64,000 bases of DNA from a virus, in the IMG/VR virus record IMGVR_UViG_3300027917_000041, positions 8,451 through 72,450 of that record. One strand, given 5' to 3'. Below the pieces are notes generated by a model. That model ran no database searches. It was not told the origin of the DNA and saw only the letters and a list, made by a program, of their open reading frames with translations. A program made the translations under genes and the position numbers. Shown here one piece after another: positions 36,428 through 46,857 of this stretch (its first letter is position 1; each line of letters opens with the position of its first letter).

Positions 36428-36882
36428 CTGATATAGTATGGCCGCAGGATACCAAAGAGACAATTGATGCAATACGTGGTGCTATAGGTAGGGACGTTGA
36501 CTTTTATGTAGTAGCGTCATCTATTGCTTGCCCTACGTGCTCTCTCGATCCAATAACTAACCATGCGACAGACTCTTTCTGTCCTACATGCTCTGGTGTA
36601 TATTGGATACCAGTATTCTCAGGTTATACAATCAGTGGACATGTGACTTGGGCTTCGGCAGATATTTTACAATGGCCTCCGGGGGGCTATCAGTTTGATG
36701 GGGATGTTAGAGTACAAATTGAATATACCGCTACAAATTTAGAAATAGTAGATGATGCACAAGAATCTGGTTTCGTACATGTAGACGGTAAGGTTATGGA
36801 GATCAAATCTAGAATACTTCGAGGAGTTCAAGAACTAAATCGAATACTTATAGATATGATTGAAAGGGAGAAATCAACATGA
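36424..36882 (+). CDS. Head-closure-like protein with zinc-ribbon insert
   Basis: CPTC...CPTCSG; position. Confidence 0.5.
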   Translation: MTDIVWPQDTKETIDAIRGAIGRDVDFYVVASSIACPTCSLDPITNHATDSFCPTCSGVYWIPVFSGYTISGHVTWASADILQWPPGGYQFDGDVRVQIEYTATNLEIVDDAQESGFVHVDGKVMEIKSRILRGVQELNRILIDMIEREKST

Positions 36883-37130
36883 GCAACAATGAAGAAGGAA
36901 AGTATCGGACAGAAGTTCATATGGGATTAGATTTATTCGATATTACTGATTTCATAGAACGAAAGAACAAAAAATTTCAGGCTATACTTCTAACGGAAAT
37001 TGAAGAAGTAATTCCAAAAGATTCGCCTGAATTTAAAGCAATTAGAAAACAAGTATTAGATAGTTATAATAACTACACACGTTCAATCATGAGAGCAATC
37101 TTTGGAAGGGACGACGTAGAGAATATGTGA
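36879..37130 (+). CDS. Hypothetical protein
   Basis: ORF track. Confidence 0.55.
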   Translation: MSNNEEGKYRTEVHMGLDLFDITDFIERKNKKFQAILLTEIEEVIPKDSPEFKAIRKQVLDSYNNYTRSIMRAIFGRDDVENM

Positions 37131-37136
37131 GGGTAA

Positions 37137-38162
37137 ATGGTAGATGGAACACTTGGGTTTACGGACATCAACATTGCTGAGACTAAACTACTTGAGGACG
37201 TGGAAAATGCTATTTCAACAGCGTCCCAACGACTACGAGAACTCTCAGATGATCTTAACAGAATTGAAGCACAAAAAGCCGTTGAAAAAGCAGCTCATTT
37301 AGAAGCTATCAACTACATTACTGATAGGGCAGAGCTGATACTTACAAACGCTTTTATGGAAGCTATCTTTGATACTGTTGAGTATAATGATCCTTTGTTC
37401 TTAGAACCATCACAAGAAGCTATTCGTTTACATTGGCAGGAAGTTTTATCAATAATTCCAAACAGTCCCGGCAATGTAACAGTAAAAGTAGACTTTTCAC
37501 CTTTAGGAGATATAGAAACCTACGCAGCTGCTGTACAAAGTACACGAGAAGTATTGGGTTTCAAAATGACAGCACGACCCGAATCACGTTCTATTTATTG
37601 GCAACGAAATATCTATAGTGTAGACAGGGAAGGTGGAAAGGTTTTCAAAGTACTAGAAGGCTATGGTAGAGGTTCAAAAACCAGAAATATAGATATTACT
37701 CATAGCTATAGAGGTAAGTGGGAAAAGACAGTAAGAACACGTATAAATCTAGTACCTGCGGGTACAGCCCCTTGGTGGTATTTGATAAATTATGGAAATA
37801 AAAACGCTTTTCAGGGATCAACAGGAGAGCCGTATCCTGAATTTTCAGGGAGGTACTTTGTAGAGAAGGTAGAAGTTCAGATAAAAGAAATTTTTGATCA
37901 AATTTATCAAGAATCTCTACAAGAATGGGAAGATTGGTACGCTGATAAGTTAGCCGACGACTACGGATTAAAGCAATTTGATGATTTTGATAATTTAGCA
38001 AGCGTATTAGAACCTGCTATTGTTGAACAAATAGAAAGAGAGGAACAGCTGAAACCTACAAATACAGCTCTAGGTACGATAGAACAAGATGGAAAAGTAT
38101 ATGACTTATATGTTACATCTAAAGGTAAGATTGCTAGACGTTACTCACTTTCAAAGAACTAA
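37137..38162 (+). CDS. Neck/tail-completion-region protein
   Basis: APWW...NYG motif; position. Confidence 0.45.
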   Translation: MVDGTLGFTDINIAETKLLEDVENAISTASQRLRELSDDLNRIEAQKAVEKAAHLEAINYITDRAELILTNAFMEAIFDTVEYNDPLFLEPSQEAIRLHWQEVLSIIPNSPGNVTVKVDFSPLGDIETYAAAVQSTREVLGFKMTARPESRSIYWQRNIYSVDREGGKVFKVLEGYGRGSKTRNIDITHSYRGKWEKTVRTRINLVPAGTAPWWYLINYGNKNAFQGSTGEPYPEFSGRYFVEKVEVQIKEIFDQIYQESLQEWEDWYADKLADDYGLKQFDDFDNLASVLEPAIVEQIEREEQLKPTNTALGTIEQDGKVYDLYVTSKGKIARRYSLSKN

Positions 38163-38171
38163 TGAGGTATC

Positions 38172-38621
38172 ATGCACATTGAACGTAAGAAAGACCTGAG
38201 TGTTTATTATTGGCTGGTAGATTTGTTTTCGGATGCATCGTACATAACAGTGAACGATGGTTATCCAGAGACAGGCTTGGTAATCCCCTCTGTGGTGGTA
38301 GACTATCAAAATATACGTCCACTACCTTATGAAATGGGGAATAAAAATCAAATGTTTCATAGACTTTGGGTATTAGATATCAATGCTAAGAATAAATCCC
38401 AACGTGATGAAATAGGCTATCGATTATTAGAAACATTACAAGATAGCATTCCCGTATATGACTACGATGAAGGTTTTCCACCTGATGTTACACCGACACA
38501 GCTAGGCAACTTGCTTCCTAGAAATATACAACTAATTCCAATAAAGGTTATGCCTGAACTGGTAACTAAGCTTTATTACAGGGCTGTGGTAACATTCACA
38601 GCTGAGTATTCACTAATATAG
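38172..38621 (+). CDS. Tail terminator-like protein
   Basis: About 150 aa; P.VVV; precedes tail tube. Confidence 0.6.
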   Translation: MHIERKKDLSVYYWLVDLFSDASYITVNDGYPETGLVIPSVVVDYQNIRPLPYEMGNKNQMFHRLWVLDINAKNKSQRDEIGYRLLETLQDSIPVYDYDEGFPPDVTPTQLGNLLPRNIQLIPIKVMPELVTKLYYRAVVTFTAEYSLI

Positions 38622-38634
38622 GAGGAATATATAA

Positions 38635-39816
38635 ATGGCTAAAAGATTAGCAATCGCATCTAAGGAACTACAGCTTAGAATTGTTGGGCCGTTCGACTCA
38701 TTCTTTGCTTCAAGAATCCAGCGATTAAGTATGAACACCGATATTCCTACAACACAGATCGATGAGTTAGGTAACGCTAACCATGTTGGTACAGTTACCG
38801 ACATTCCAGCTATTACTTTGACTTTCTCTGCATTCGATGTAGGTATTAATATCTTCGCTACCCTAACAGGTAACGATCCAGATGCATATCCGGGTGCTGG
38901 TGTAGACATTGGTGATCTTGGTGAGATTGATGCTATATTTTATGTGAAGGATGCTAACCTAGCTAATTACGCTAAGTCAGCTCACGCTAGACGTTTACAG
39001 ATTCGTGACTTTACGTATAACTATTCTGTAGACGGTGAATCTACTGAGGAATATACAGCGGTGGGTTCAGAAAAGCGTTGGTTCAAGAACCAAGTTGTTG
39101 TTGACAAATTCACTACAGGTACTACATCATTCACTCTAAGTGAGACACCTGTCACATTGCTTAACGGTAATGAACTATTGACAGTAGTCCTTGATGGTAG
39201 TTATCTAACAGAAGTTGCAGCTGGCCCGGCAACGGGTGAGTATAGCGTATCTGGTACAACTCTAACAACTGGCGACACACGTACAGCTCAAGTAATTGCT
39301 GTATATCAAGTGGCGTTTGCTGGTGGTGAGTGGTCAGATATTAGCGACACAGAATCAGCAGTTGCTATTCGTGGTAAAGACGTACAAGTACTTATCGGTG
39401 TAAACAGCCAAGAAAGAGTACAGTCGGTTACAATCAACGGTACACTGAATGTTCAGCCCGTAAGGGAAATGTACAATCAGAACATTGTTGGCTACCAAAG
39501 CCAAGTACCGACAGTTGAAGGTACTGTGACAGTTTTGGATACTGATACTGATTTGATCGACTTGCTTGTAACAGGGCAAGATGTATCTGGTCAGACAGAA
39601 TTCGAGCTGGCTGGTAGCTGTGCTGTTTCTGGTCTTGCTCTTGAAATTAAGCTGTACGATCCATGCGACACTTCAACAGTACTTAAGACCGTGTACGTGC
39701 AATCAGTACGTATTGTTGGTGACTCATTCACTCACAACGTGAACGAGAACGCCGTTCAAACATTCAACTGGCAATCAACAGACGCTAGTGTAGTAATCTA
39801 CTCTGGTGCTAGATAA
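38635..39816 (+). CDS. Major tail tube protein
   Basis: Beta-rich, strong codon bias, precedes chaperone and TMP. Confidence 0.75.
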   Translation: MAKRLAIASKELQLRIVGPFDSFFASRIQRLSMNTDIPTTQIDELGNANHVGTVTDIPAITLTFSAFDVGINIFATLTGNDPDAYPGAGVDIGDLGEIDAIFYVKDANLANYAKSAHARRLQIRDFTYNYSVDGESTEEYTAVGSEKRWFKNQVVVDKFTTGTTSFTLSETPVTLLNGNELLTVVLDGSYLTEVAAGPATGEYSVSGTTLTTGDTRTAQVIAVYQVAFAGGEWSDISDTESAVAIRGKDVQVLIGVNSQERVQSVTINGTLNVQPVREMYNQNIVGYQSQVPTVEGTVTVLDTDTDLIDLLVTGQDVSGQTEFELAGSCAVSGLALEIKLYDPCDTSTVLKTVYVQSVRIVGDSFTHNVNENAVQTFNWQSTDASVVIYSGAR

Positions 39817-39867
39817 ACCTAAAGACAACTGAATAAATAAGATCATACGGTAAAGGATTAGTTAGAA

Positions 39868-39919
39868 TATAAGGGGTCTGATAGAAAAAGCGATAGCTAA
39901 TCTGTTCAGACTCCTTTTT
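39868..39919 (+). terminator. Hairpin/terminator after tail tube gene
   Basis: AAGGGGTCTGA...TCAGACTCCTT followed by TTT. Confidence 0.5.
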
Positions 39920-39938
39920 ACTTAAATGGAGAGGTAAA

Positions 39939-40667
39939 ATGAATGATATTGAAAAGAACGACGTAGATATTAGTAAGTTATTCCAGTGGGGTGATAGTAT
40001 GGAATTACAAACCCCTAGTGGAAAGACCATCACAGTTTGGATGCGTATCATAGGTGACTCGGAAACCAACAGGGCTAGGGTATATGCTCTAAGACAAAGT
40101 GCAGACCTACGCAAGAAGCTTAAGGATGAAAACTCTGATGAGCGTATTGCTATGATACCCGAACTGGACGAAACTGATAAAGACAAAGTTATTGAAATTC
40201 TATTGGCTTTGAACATCAAGGAACTTACAGATAGGGCATACGAGAACATGGATATTAAATATCCTAAAGAACCAGCTTCGGATGCCTCTCTAGAAGAACA
40301 AGAACAATACCAAGCTATCATAGATGGTTTTCCAAAATACGTCGAGGAAAGGACAAACGAAATCTTAGAAAAAGAGATTAATAGGGAACGCAAAAACTTA
40401 GCTGGCGTATCTATTGAAGGTCTAAAGCAAATGTATTTTGACTTGTTGCTTAGACAGCTTTGTGAAACAGAAATGTACAAATCTTTCCAAGACATGACCG
40501 TTTACTTTGCTTGCTATAAAGACCCGGATTACACAGAACGATTATTTAGCAGCTTTGACGCATTTGATAATTTACCAACGAGTGTCAAAGAAGTCCTAGC
40601 TACATTCTATGGTACTCTTACTATAGATATTGATAACTTAAAAAAATCGCCAGAAGTAATGCAATAG
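39939..40667 (+). CDS. Tail assembly chaperone (gpG-like)
   Basis: Between tube and TMP; slippery A_AAA_AAA at 40640-40646. Confidence 0.8.
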   Translation: MNDIEKNDVDISKLFQWGDSMELQTPSGKTITVWMRIIGDSETNRARVYALRQSADLRKKLKDENSDERIAMIPELDETDKDKVIEILLALNIKELTDRAYENMDIKYPKEPASDASLEEQEQYQAIIDGFPKYVEERTNEILEKEINRERKNLAGVSIEGLKQMYFDLLLRQLCETEMYKSFQDMTVYFACYKDPDYTERLFSSFDAFDNLPTSVKEVLATFYGTLTIDIDNLKKSPEVMQ

Positions 40668-40936
40668 TAAGTTTATGGACGTTATCTAAAGCATTACAGA
40701 TACCCCTAGATAAAAAATTGAGCGAACTTCGAGATATACCCTATACTATCTCTTTCGTCATAAAGAAACGTATACAAATAGATAATCTAAACCAACTGCC
40801 GAAGGAAAAACGTCCTCCTGAGTGGATGATATGGGATAAGCCACCGGAGCAGATCGAGGAATGGATCGATAAAGTATTTAATCGAAAGAAAGAGGAAACG
40901 GCAGAAGTAGTAATTATGGAGCATGAGATAGAATAA
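40646..40936 (+). CDS. Tail assembly chaperone extension (gpT-like, -1 frame)
   Basis: -1 frame open from the slip site (IARSNAIVSLWTLSK...) through the 40718 ORF to TAA overlapping TMP ATG. Confidence 0.8.
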   Translation: MARSNAIVSLWTLSKALQIPLDKKLSELRDIPYTISFVIKKRIQIDNLNQLPKEKRPPEWMIWDKPPEQIEEWIDKVFNRKKEETAEVVIMEHEIE

Positions 40937-43900
40937 TGCCACAGAATCTAAGTTACATAGAGCGAGAGTTAGCTAATCTAAGCAGACAAGCTAAGGACGC
41001 TACTACCCAAATGAACCTTTTGGAGAAAGCGTTAGCAAATGTCATTAGAACTAGCACTAAGGGTGGTGGTGTAGCTTCACCTGTAAGCGTAGAGCGTGTA
41101 ACACAGCAAACGCTTTCTTCTGGTTTAAGTCCTGCGGGTGCACCTGTAGGTAATAGGGCTATTGTTGGTAGTGAAGTAACGCCTAAAGTTGAGGGTATTC
41201 TAAGAGAGTACGGAAGGCTAGAGGCTGAGGTAGCATTACTACAGAAACAAACAACACAGTTAAATGCGGCTAGTGCTCGTCTAGCTCAAGCTCAAGAAGA
41301 GGCTTCTGGTATTCTATTCAGCGAACAGCAGATAAATGCTAGGAAGGTGGCAGCTGCCGAAAGGCAAGCAGCTGCTGAACAAACTCTAGAAAGTCAACTA
41401 AATAAGCTACGTATAGAATCAGAAGATCAGTTACGTGCTTGGCAAGAAGATACACAAGCTACTAAAGACCTATCCAGAAAGAAGAAAGAAGCTGTTACTA
41501 AGTTAGGAGAAATGAGCCGCACTATAGATGCGGAAGGCTTTGCACGCCCCGGAGGTAAAACCGCTGGTGGTGGAGGAGCAGAGCAAGCAGCTCCTAGATA
41601 TACACAAGCCGACTTAGATAAAATATTCTCTAGACAGGCTGTAACAAACATCGGGCAAACAGCTGGACAGTATCAGTTTAGTCCAGAAAATATTAAGCGA
41701 ATCACAGAATACGCAAACTCATATAAGCAACTTCAATACGAAGCTCAAGGTGCTAACGGGGTTATGCGTAAATTGGTTTTAACTGTAGACCAAGCTGGAA
41801 ACGTATTTACAAGTACACAGAAACAGTTCCGTACATTCTTTAGTGCTATTCGCCGTAATGTTGGTGAAATGATTAAGTGGTCAACTGCGACACTTTTGGT
41901 ATGGGGTTCTATCCGTAAATTGGGTGAACTACTACAAATAGCAATCGACAACGAATCTAAGTTAGCAAGTATCGCGGTTATCCTAGGCGAAGAACACACA
42001 AATCTAACACAGGTATTCAATGCAGCTGCGGACGCGGCATCTGCTACAGGTGAAAGTATTGATGGTGTTCTTGATGGTTATGTACAGGCGTATCGTGCTA
42101 CTGGTAACATCACTAATGAGACAGAAAGAGCAGCTCAAGCACAAGCATTATTAACAGACGCACTTACATTGTCTAAGCTATCTAGCTTATCAACAGCACA
42201 AGCTATGGATACTTTGACAGGTGCTTTAAGACAGGCAGGTTTAGGCTTTGATGAAGGCTATGTACTACTAGATAAGTGGGTTGCCGTATCTAGACAAGCT
42301 AATGTAGGTATTGAAACATTAGCCGAATCCTTTGCGATTACGGCTACTTCTGCGTCTAACGCTGGCTTAGAATGGGATGAACTAAATGGTATAATAGCCA
42401 CCCTAGCTGAGTCTACAACGTTATCAGCTACCGAATCTGGTAACGCTATCCGTGCTTTTATATCTGGTTTCACTACAGATACAGCCGTAAAAGAACTAAC
42501 AAAGTTTGGTATTGCTGTAACTGATAAAACAGGAGAAACTAGAGGTTTCCTTGACGTAATGAAGGAAATTTCAGCATTGTTTGAGCAGGGGATTATTACG
42601 GAATCTGAATTGAATAAAATCTCAAGGGCTATTGGTGGTGGTGCTCGTCGTGAGGCGCAGGTTGCCACAACAATCAAGAACTTGGGCAGAGCACAGGAAG
42701 TAGCTGCAATATCAGCTCAGGCGAATGGAGACGCACAAAGAGCTTTGGCTATCCAATTGGATACAGTACAGACAGCACTAACTAAGCTAAATAACTCCTT
42801 CCAAAAGTTAGCCCGTACAATGGGTGCTGAGGGTGGTGTACTTGAAGCTGCTGGTACTGTGCTTGACATATTCACAAAGATGGTAGATGCAACGTCAACA
42901 CTTGTAAAGAACTTGGGAGACATTACACCAATTCTTGCAGGTATGGCTTTAGTATTTGCAGCTACATCTAAGGAAACAAGAGGACTATTTGCTACAAACC
43001 TAATTGGTGGTATTGGACAAACTATCAACAGATTTACAGGACGTGGTGATATATCCTTAGAAGATCAAAGACTTCTAGCAGCTTCACAAGGTTTGACAGC
43101 TGCACCCGGAGCACAGGTTGGTTTAGGTACAAGAGTATCTAATAGGCTACTTGGGCCGGGTTACGGTAGAAATGCTGGTTCATTAGCTGGACAAGCATTG
43201 GCTGGTGGTTTTACTCTATATTCAGCAGGTAGAGATATTCAGCAAGGTAACGTAGAAGGGGCAGCTGGTTCAGTGGTTGGTGGTATCATTGGTGGTTTAC
43301 TAACAGGTGGTTCACCTGTAGGTATTGTAATTGGTACAGCAGCTGGTGAAGCTTTTGCTAACGCCACATTCGGATATAAAGCAGAGTTCACTAGATTCTT
43401 CCAAGATATCTTTGACGAAGGTGGTAAAGACATCATAGACCCTGAAAAGACAGGGGCAGACCTATCAGCAGCTACCGAAGAAGTATTCAAGCAGTACGGT
43501 GGTGGAAGCACAGCTATTGGTAAGTTCTTCGCTAACTTAGGTGCTGGTGTACTAAATCTAGGTTACGGTGCTGGACAGGCTCTAGGTACACTACCTGCTA
43601 CTGCACCTAACGCTAGAATTACAGCAGAGACATTAGCCCTATCTGGACGTGGGGCATTTGGTGATATCAGTGCCGCGGCTGGAAGTGTGTACGAACTACA
43701 AATAGCCCAACAAGCTCTACGAGGACAGACAGCCGGGGAAGTAAAGCCCGGAGCTTTCAAGTTCGCTGTAACAGATGAACAGGAACAGTTACTAAAAGAA
43801 TATAGAGACTTCCTAACAGACTTAGAACTAACACAGGCTGAGATATTCCGTGCGGGTGCTATTGCTGGCGAGATTTCAGATAAGGACTTGAGAGACGCTT

Positions 43901-45468
43901 TAGATAAGATTCCTAACCTACAATCTATTCTAACTAAGTACTTTGTAACCTTTGGTGAAGAATTAATCAATGCATCTGACGAAGTAACAGGTGTGACAGA
44001 CGCTTTTGAGTACATGACTAACATCATCGTTAATGGTTCTACAGAACAGATACAGTACTTGAATGCCACAGCACAAGAGATTGCAGGTATTAGAAACGCT
44101 ATAGAAGCTGCTGATGCAGCTGGTACAGACCAAGTTATCTTAGGTTTTGATGACCCAAGTACTACAGATGTAGATGAAAGAAGAATAGTATCTAGAGCAG
44201 TGGCTATGCAGGAAGCTGCCGAAATTGCTCAAGGTGCTGTTACATCCCTACTTACACAAACTAGAGAACTAAACCAAGCACGTATTGATATTCCGGGTAT
44301 CGTAAATCTTGATGTAAATGAAGAAGATTTTGACGTTATTCTACAATATGCTGAGTCTATCCAAGATAGATTTTGGGAAGGGTTCTGGTCAGAGGGTATT
44401 CTAACTGACTTTACAGAAGCAGACTTAGAAGATACACTAGCACCGTTCATGCTAAAGGCTGGTCAAGATGGTGGTATGAAGTACGTAGAAGGCTTCAACC
44501 AAGCACTAATTCAGCAAGCAGCTAGTGAACTTATAGAACAAGGTATAATCGAAGAAAACAAACCTGCTGATAGAAGGGGATTGCAATCATTTGATATCCC
44601 ATCAAGTCAACTACCTTCGGTTATGGCACGTTATCAACAGTTGGTAAATATCACTGGTCAGGCTGGTTACTCACCTGATGAGGAAACTTTCGCAGCTCTG
44701 TTTACTGATTACATTGCTATGCCTATCACAGCAGACCTAACTTTGTTGAACATCGCTATGCAGGAATTGATTGATGTAAATAAGAAAGAACTTGATGGTA
44801 TCTATAACCTACCCACAGACGCTAGTTTCTACGTACCATTTACAGGCTATAGAGAGGGCTTTGTAAATCAAGGTGGAGGCGGTGGAGCAGGATTATTAGA
44901 AGGATTGGGTGCTGGTAACTTCCCTCTATCCGAAGCCGAAATAGAAGCTAGAAAAGAGAAATTCTTAGCAGAATATCCAAGATACGAATTACCTGAGCAA
45001 CTTGGGCCTCCTGTACCAGAAGGATTCTTTGGTAAACCATTAGGGCCTCCTACACCTGCAACATCTAAATATGACTATCCATCTGAGGGTGAAAGATTTA
45101 GAGGTCTAACACCCGAAATGTATGGTTATGAAGCTCCAGATACTCCTTTGATTTCGCCTCCTATTTGGCTAAAAAACCTATTTGAACAAGGCCGCGATGC
45201 AATTGGAGCAATCGAACCACCTGTACTTCCGGGGGCTGATGCAGCTGGTCAAATTATTACTGACCTAGGTAACTTACTAAAGTCTCTATTTGGTTTAGAA
45301 GGTGAGGATTCTACAATTACTACAAAACTACAAATTGAAAGCACTACAAATACTATCGTTCAACTTGATGGACAAGTTATAGCCAATGCTATTAAGCCTT
45401 ACCTATTGAATGATGAAGTACGATACGAAGGTACAGCGGGCAGTGCTGTAAAGAGATTCGTAATCTAG
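40936..45468 (+). CDS. Tape measure protein
   Basis: 1510 aa Ala/Gly-rich helical; TP901-type core (GN.IR.F...L.K.GI.V.D..G..R). Confidence 0.92.
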   Translation: MPQNLSYIERELANLSRQAKDATTQMNLLEKALANVIRTSTKGGGVASPVSVERVTQQTLSSGLSPAGAPVGNRAIVGSEVTPKVEGILREYGRLEAEVALLQKQTTQLNAASARLAQAQEEASGILFSEQQINARKVAAAERQAAAEQTLESQLNKLRIESEDQLRAWQEDTQATKDLSRKKKEAVTKLGEMSRTIDAEGFARPGGKTAGGGGAEQAAPRYTQADLDKIFSRQAVTNIGQTAGQYQFSPENIKRITEYANSYKQLQYEAQGANGVMRKLVLTVDQAGNVFTSTQKQFRTFFSAIRRNVGEMIKWSTATLLVWGSIRKLGELLQIAIDNESKLASIAVILGEEHTNLTQVFNAAADAASATGESIDGVLDGYVQAYRATGNITNETERAAQAQALLTDALTLSKLSSLSTAQAMDTLTGALRQAGLGFDEGYVLLDKWVAVSRQANVGIETLAESFAITATSASNAGLEWDELNGIIATLAESTTLSATESGNAIRAFISGFTTDTAVKELTKFGIAVTDKTGETRGFLDVMKEISALFEQGIITESELNKISRAIGGGARREAQVATTIKNLGRAQEVAAISAQANGDAQRALAIQLDTVQTALTKLNNSFQKLARTMGAEGGVLEAAGTVLDIFTKMVDATSTLVKNLGDITPILAGMALVFAATSKETRGLFATNLIGGIGQTINRFTGRGDISLEDQRLLAASQGLTAAPGAQVGLGTRVSNRLLGPGYGRNAGSLAGQALAGGFTLYSAGRDIQQGNVEGAAGSVVGGIIGGLLTGGSPVGIVIGTAAGEAFANATFGYKAEFTRFFQDIFDEGGKDIIDPEKTGADLSAATEEVFKQYGGGSTAIGKFFANLGAGVLNLGYGAGQALGTLPATAPNARITAETLALSGRGAFGDISAAAGSVYELQIAQQALRGQTAGEVKPGAFKFAVTDEQEQLLKEYRDFLTDLELTQAEIFRAGAIAGEISDKDLRDALDKIPNLQSILTKYFVTFGEELINASDEVTGVTDAFEYMTNIIVNGSTEQIQYLNATAQEIAGIRNAIEAADAAGTDQVILGFDDPSTTDVDERRIVSRAVAMQEAAEIAQGAVTSLLTQTRELNQARIDIPGIVNLDVNEEDFDVILQYAESIQDRFWEGFWSEGILTDFTEADLEDTLAPFMLKAGQDGGMKYVEGFNQALIQQAASELIEQGIIEENKPADRRGLQSFDIPSSQLPSVMARYQQLVNITGQAGYSPDEETFAALFTDYIAMPITADLTLLNIAMQELIDVNKKELDGIYNLPTDASFYVPFTGYREGFVNQGGGGGAGLLEGLGAGNFPLSEAEIEARKEKFLAEYPRYELPEQLGPPVPEGFFGKPLGPPTPATSKYDYPSEGERFRGLTPEMYGYEAPDTPLISPPIWLKNLFEQGRDAIGAIEPPVLPGADAAGQIITDLGNLLKSLFGLEGEDSTITTKLQIESTTNTIVQLDGQVIANAIKPYLLNDEVRYEGTAGSAVKRFVI

Positions 45469-45480
45469 GAGAGATAACAA

Positions 45481-45846
45481 ATGCCTGATTGGAGCTACGC
45501 TGGATATAGAATATTCGTTCAGGAATATCAATCTGGACACAAGCAGATTCTTCCTCGTCTAAACCCTATAGGTGGTGGTACTGTAATTCAACAGTTTGGT
45601 TATGATGAGCGTATTTTGAAGATAAACGCCTACGTAGTAGGTTTTTCAGATATGACACAAATACGTTTATTGACAACTTCCGGAATATCTTTTGATTTAG
45701 CTACTCCGATGGAAGGCACTTATGCTTATTATTGTAATGATGTACAAGATAAGTTAGTGAATTCTATATGCCAAACTCTTAGACCTGATTTACCAGAAGA
45801 TTCACCTGTATATCAAGTAGACTTGGAGCTTTATTACGATGGCTGA
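45481..45846 (+). CDS. Distal tail protein-like
   Basis: Small beta protein after TMP. Confidence 0.55.
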   Translation: MPDWSYAGYRIFVQEYQSGHKQILPRLNPIGGGTVIQQFGYDERILKINAYVVGFSDMTQIRLLTTSGISFDLATPMEGTYAYYCNDVQDKLVNSICQTLRPDLPEDSPVYQVDLELYYDG

Positions 45847-46855
45847 TATTCTTTATGCTAGTATTCCCGGCTTTACACAAATAGAATCTGTTAATGTTGC
45901 TACTCAGCATCAACAGTCTGTATCTACGGCTACTATTAAATGCTTGGGTACTACTAAAGATGTTGGCGATCAAGTAAATATTGACTTAGGTTATACAACA
46001 AACCACGGTCATGTTTTTAAAGGCTATGTAAAACAAATTGAACAAGTTTCACCGAACGCAGAATATCAAGTTACTTGTCACGATGTTATGTCAAGAGCTA
46101 TAGATTATTTCTTTGTTCCTGATAATCCAGATGCACCTTTTAGGCGTGCCAACATTTCAGCGGAGGATTTGATAGAAGATGTTCTTAGAGAAGCCGGACT
46201 TACAAGTTTTGATTTTGATTCTACTTCTTTTACATTCGCTGTTACTGCCGGAGTCTATGCCGAAGTTAAACTTATCTCAGCTTATGACTACGCAAACGGT
46301 GTTAGTGATCTTATCGCTTGGCATATGTGGGCTGATCCTGCTACTGGCACTATCAAGCTAAAGAATAGAAAACCCTATTGGATGGCCGCAGGTAGCCCCG
46401 AAGCTTCACAACCGGGATATACAGCGGATACAGCATTGAAAACACTTGCAGATGGTATTGGCGGTACAATCATCAATGCTCGTTATTATGAACATGAAAG
46501 AGACTTAAGAAACAGAGTAGTAGTACACGGTGCTCCGGGTACAAGTGCTACAGCCACAGCATCAAGCCCTTACTTACCAGCTGGTTACTATAAGTCAGCT
46601 GCGCTGTACTGGCCCATTTTAGATAGTCAGTCAATGGCAGATAAAGCAGCTTCGTACAACCTAAGTTTGCTAAACAGACTTTCTATAGGCTTAGAACTAA
46701 CCGTAGTTGGAGATCACGAACTACTAGCACATGAAGCGGTACACGCTACAGTAGACAGTATTTCAGTAGATGATGACTTTTATATTTATTATGCAGAGCA
46801 CAACTGGTCTGCCAAAGGATACACAACAACATTAGATTTACGAGCTAAGGAATAG
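45839..46855 (+). CDS. Baseplate hub/Tal-like protein
   Basis: F.GYV..I, RNRVVV.G, GY.T.L pattern. Confidence 0.65.
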   Translation: MADILYASIPGFTQIESVNVATQHQQSVSTATIKCLGTTKDVGDQVNIDLGYTTNHGHVFKGYVKQIEQVSPNAEYQVTCHDVMSRAIDYFFVPDNPDAPFRRANISAEDLIEDVLREAGLTSFDFDSTSFTFAVTAGVYAEVKLISAYDYANGVSDLIAWHMWADPATGTIKLKNRKPYWMAAGSPEASQPGYTADTALKTLADGIGGTIINARYYEHERDLRNRVVVHGAPGTSATATASSPYLPAGYYKSAALYWPILDSQSMADKAASYNLSLLNRLSIGLELTVVGDHELLAHEAVHATVDSISVDDDFYIYYAEHNWSAKGYTTTLDLRAKE

Positions 46856-46857
46856 GA

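Noticed and set aside
41427-44450. Several antisense ORFs within the tape measure and other long genes
   Set aside because: Shadow ORFs caused by codon bias, with no RBS or recognisable motifs.
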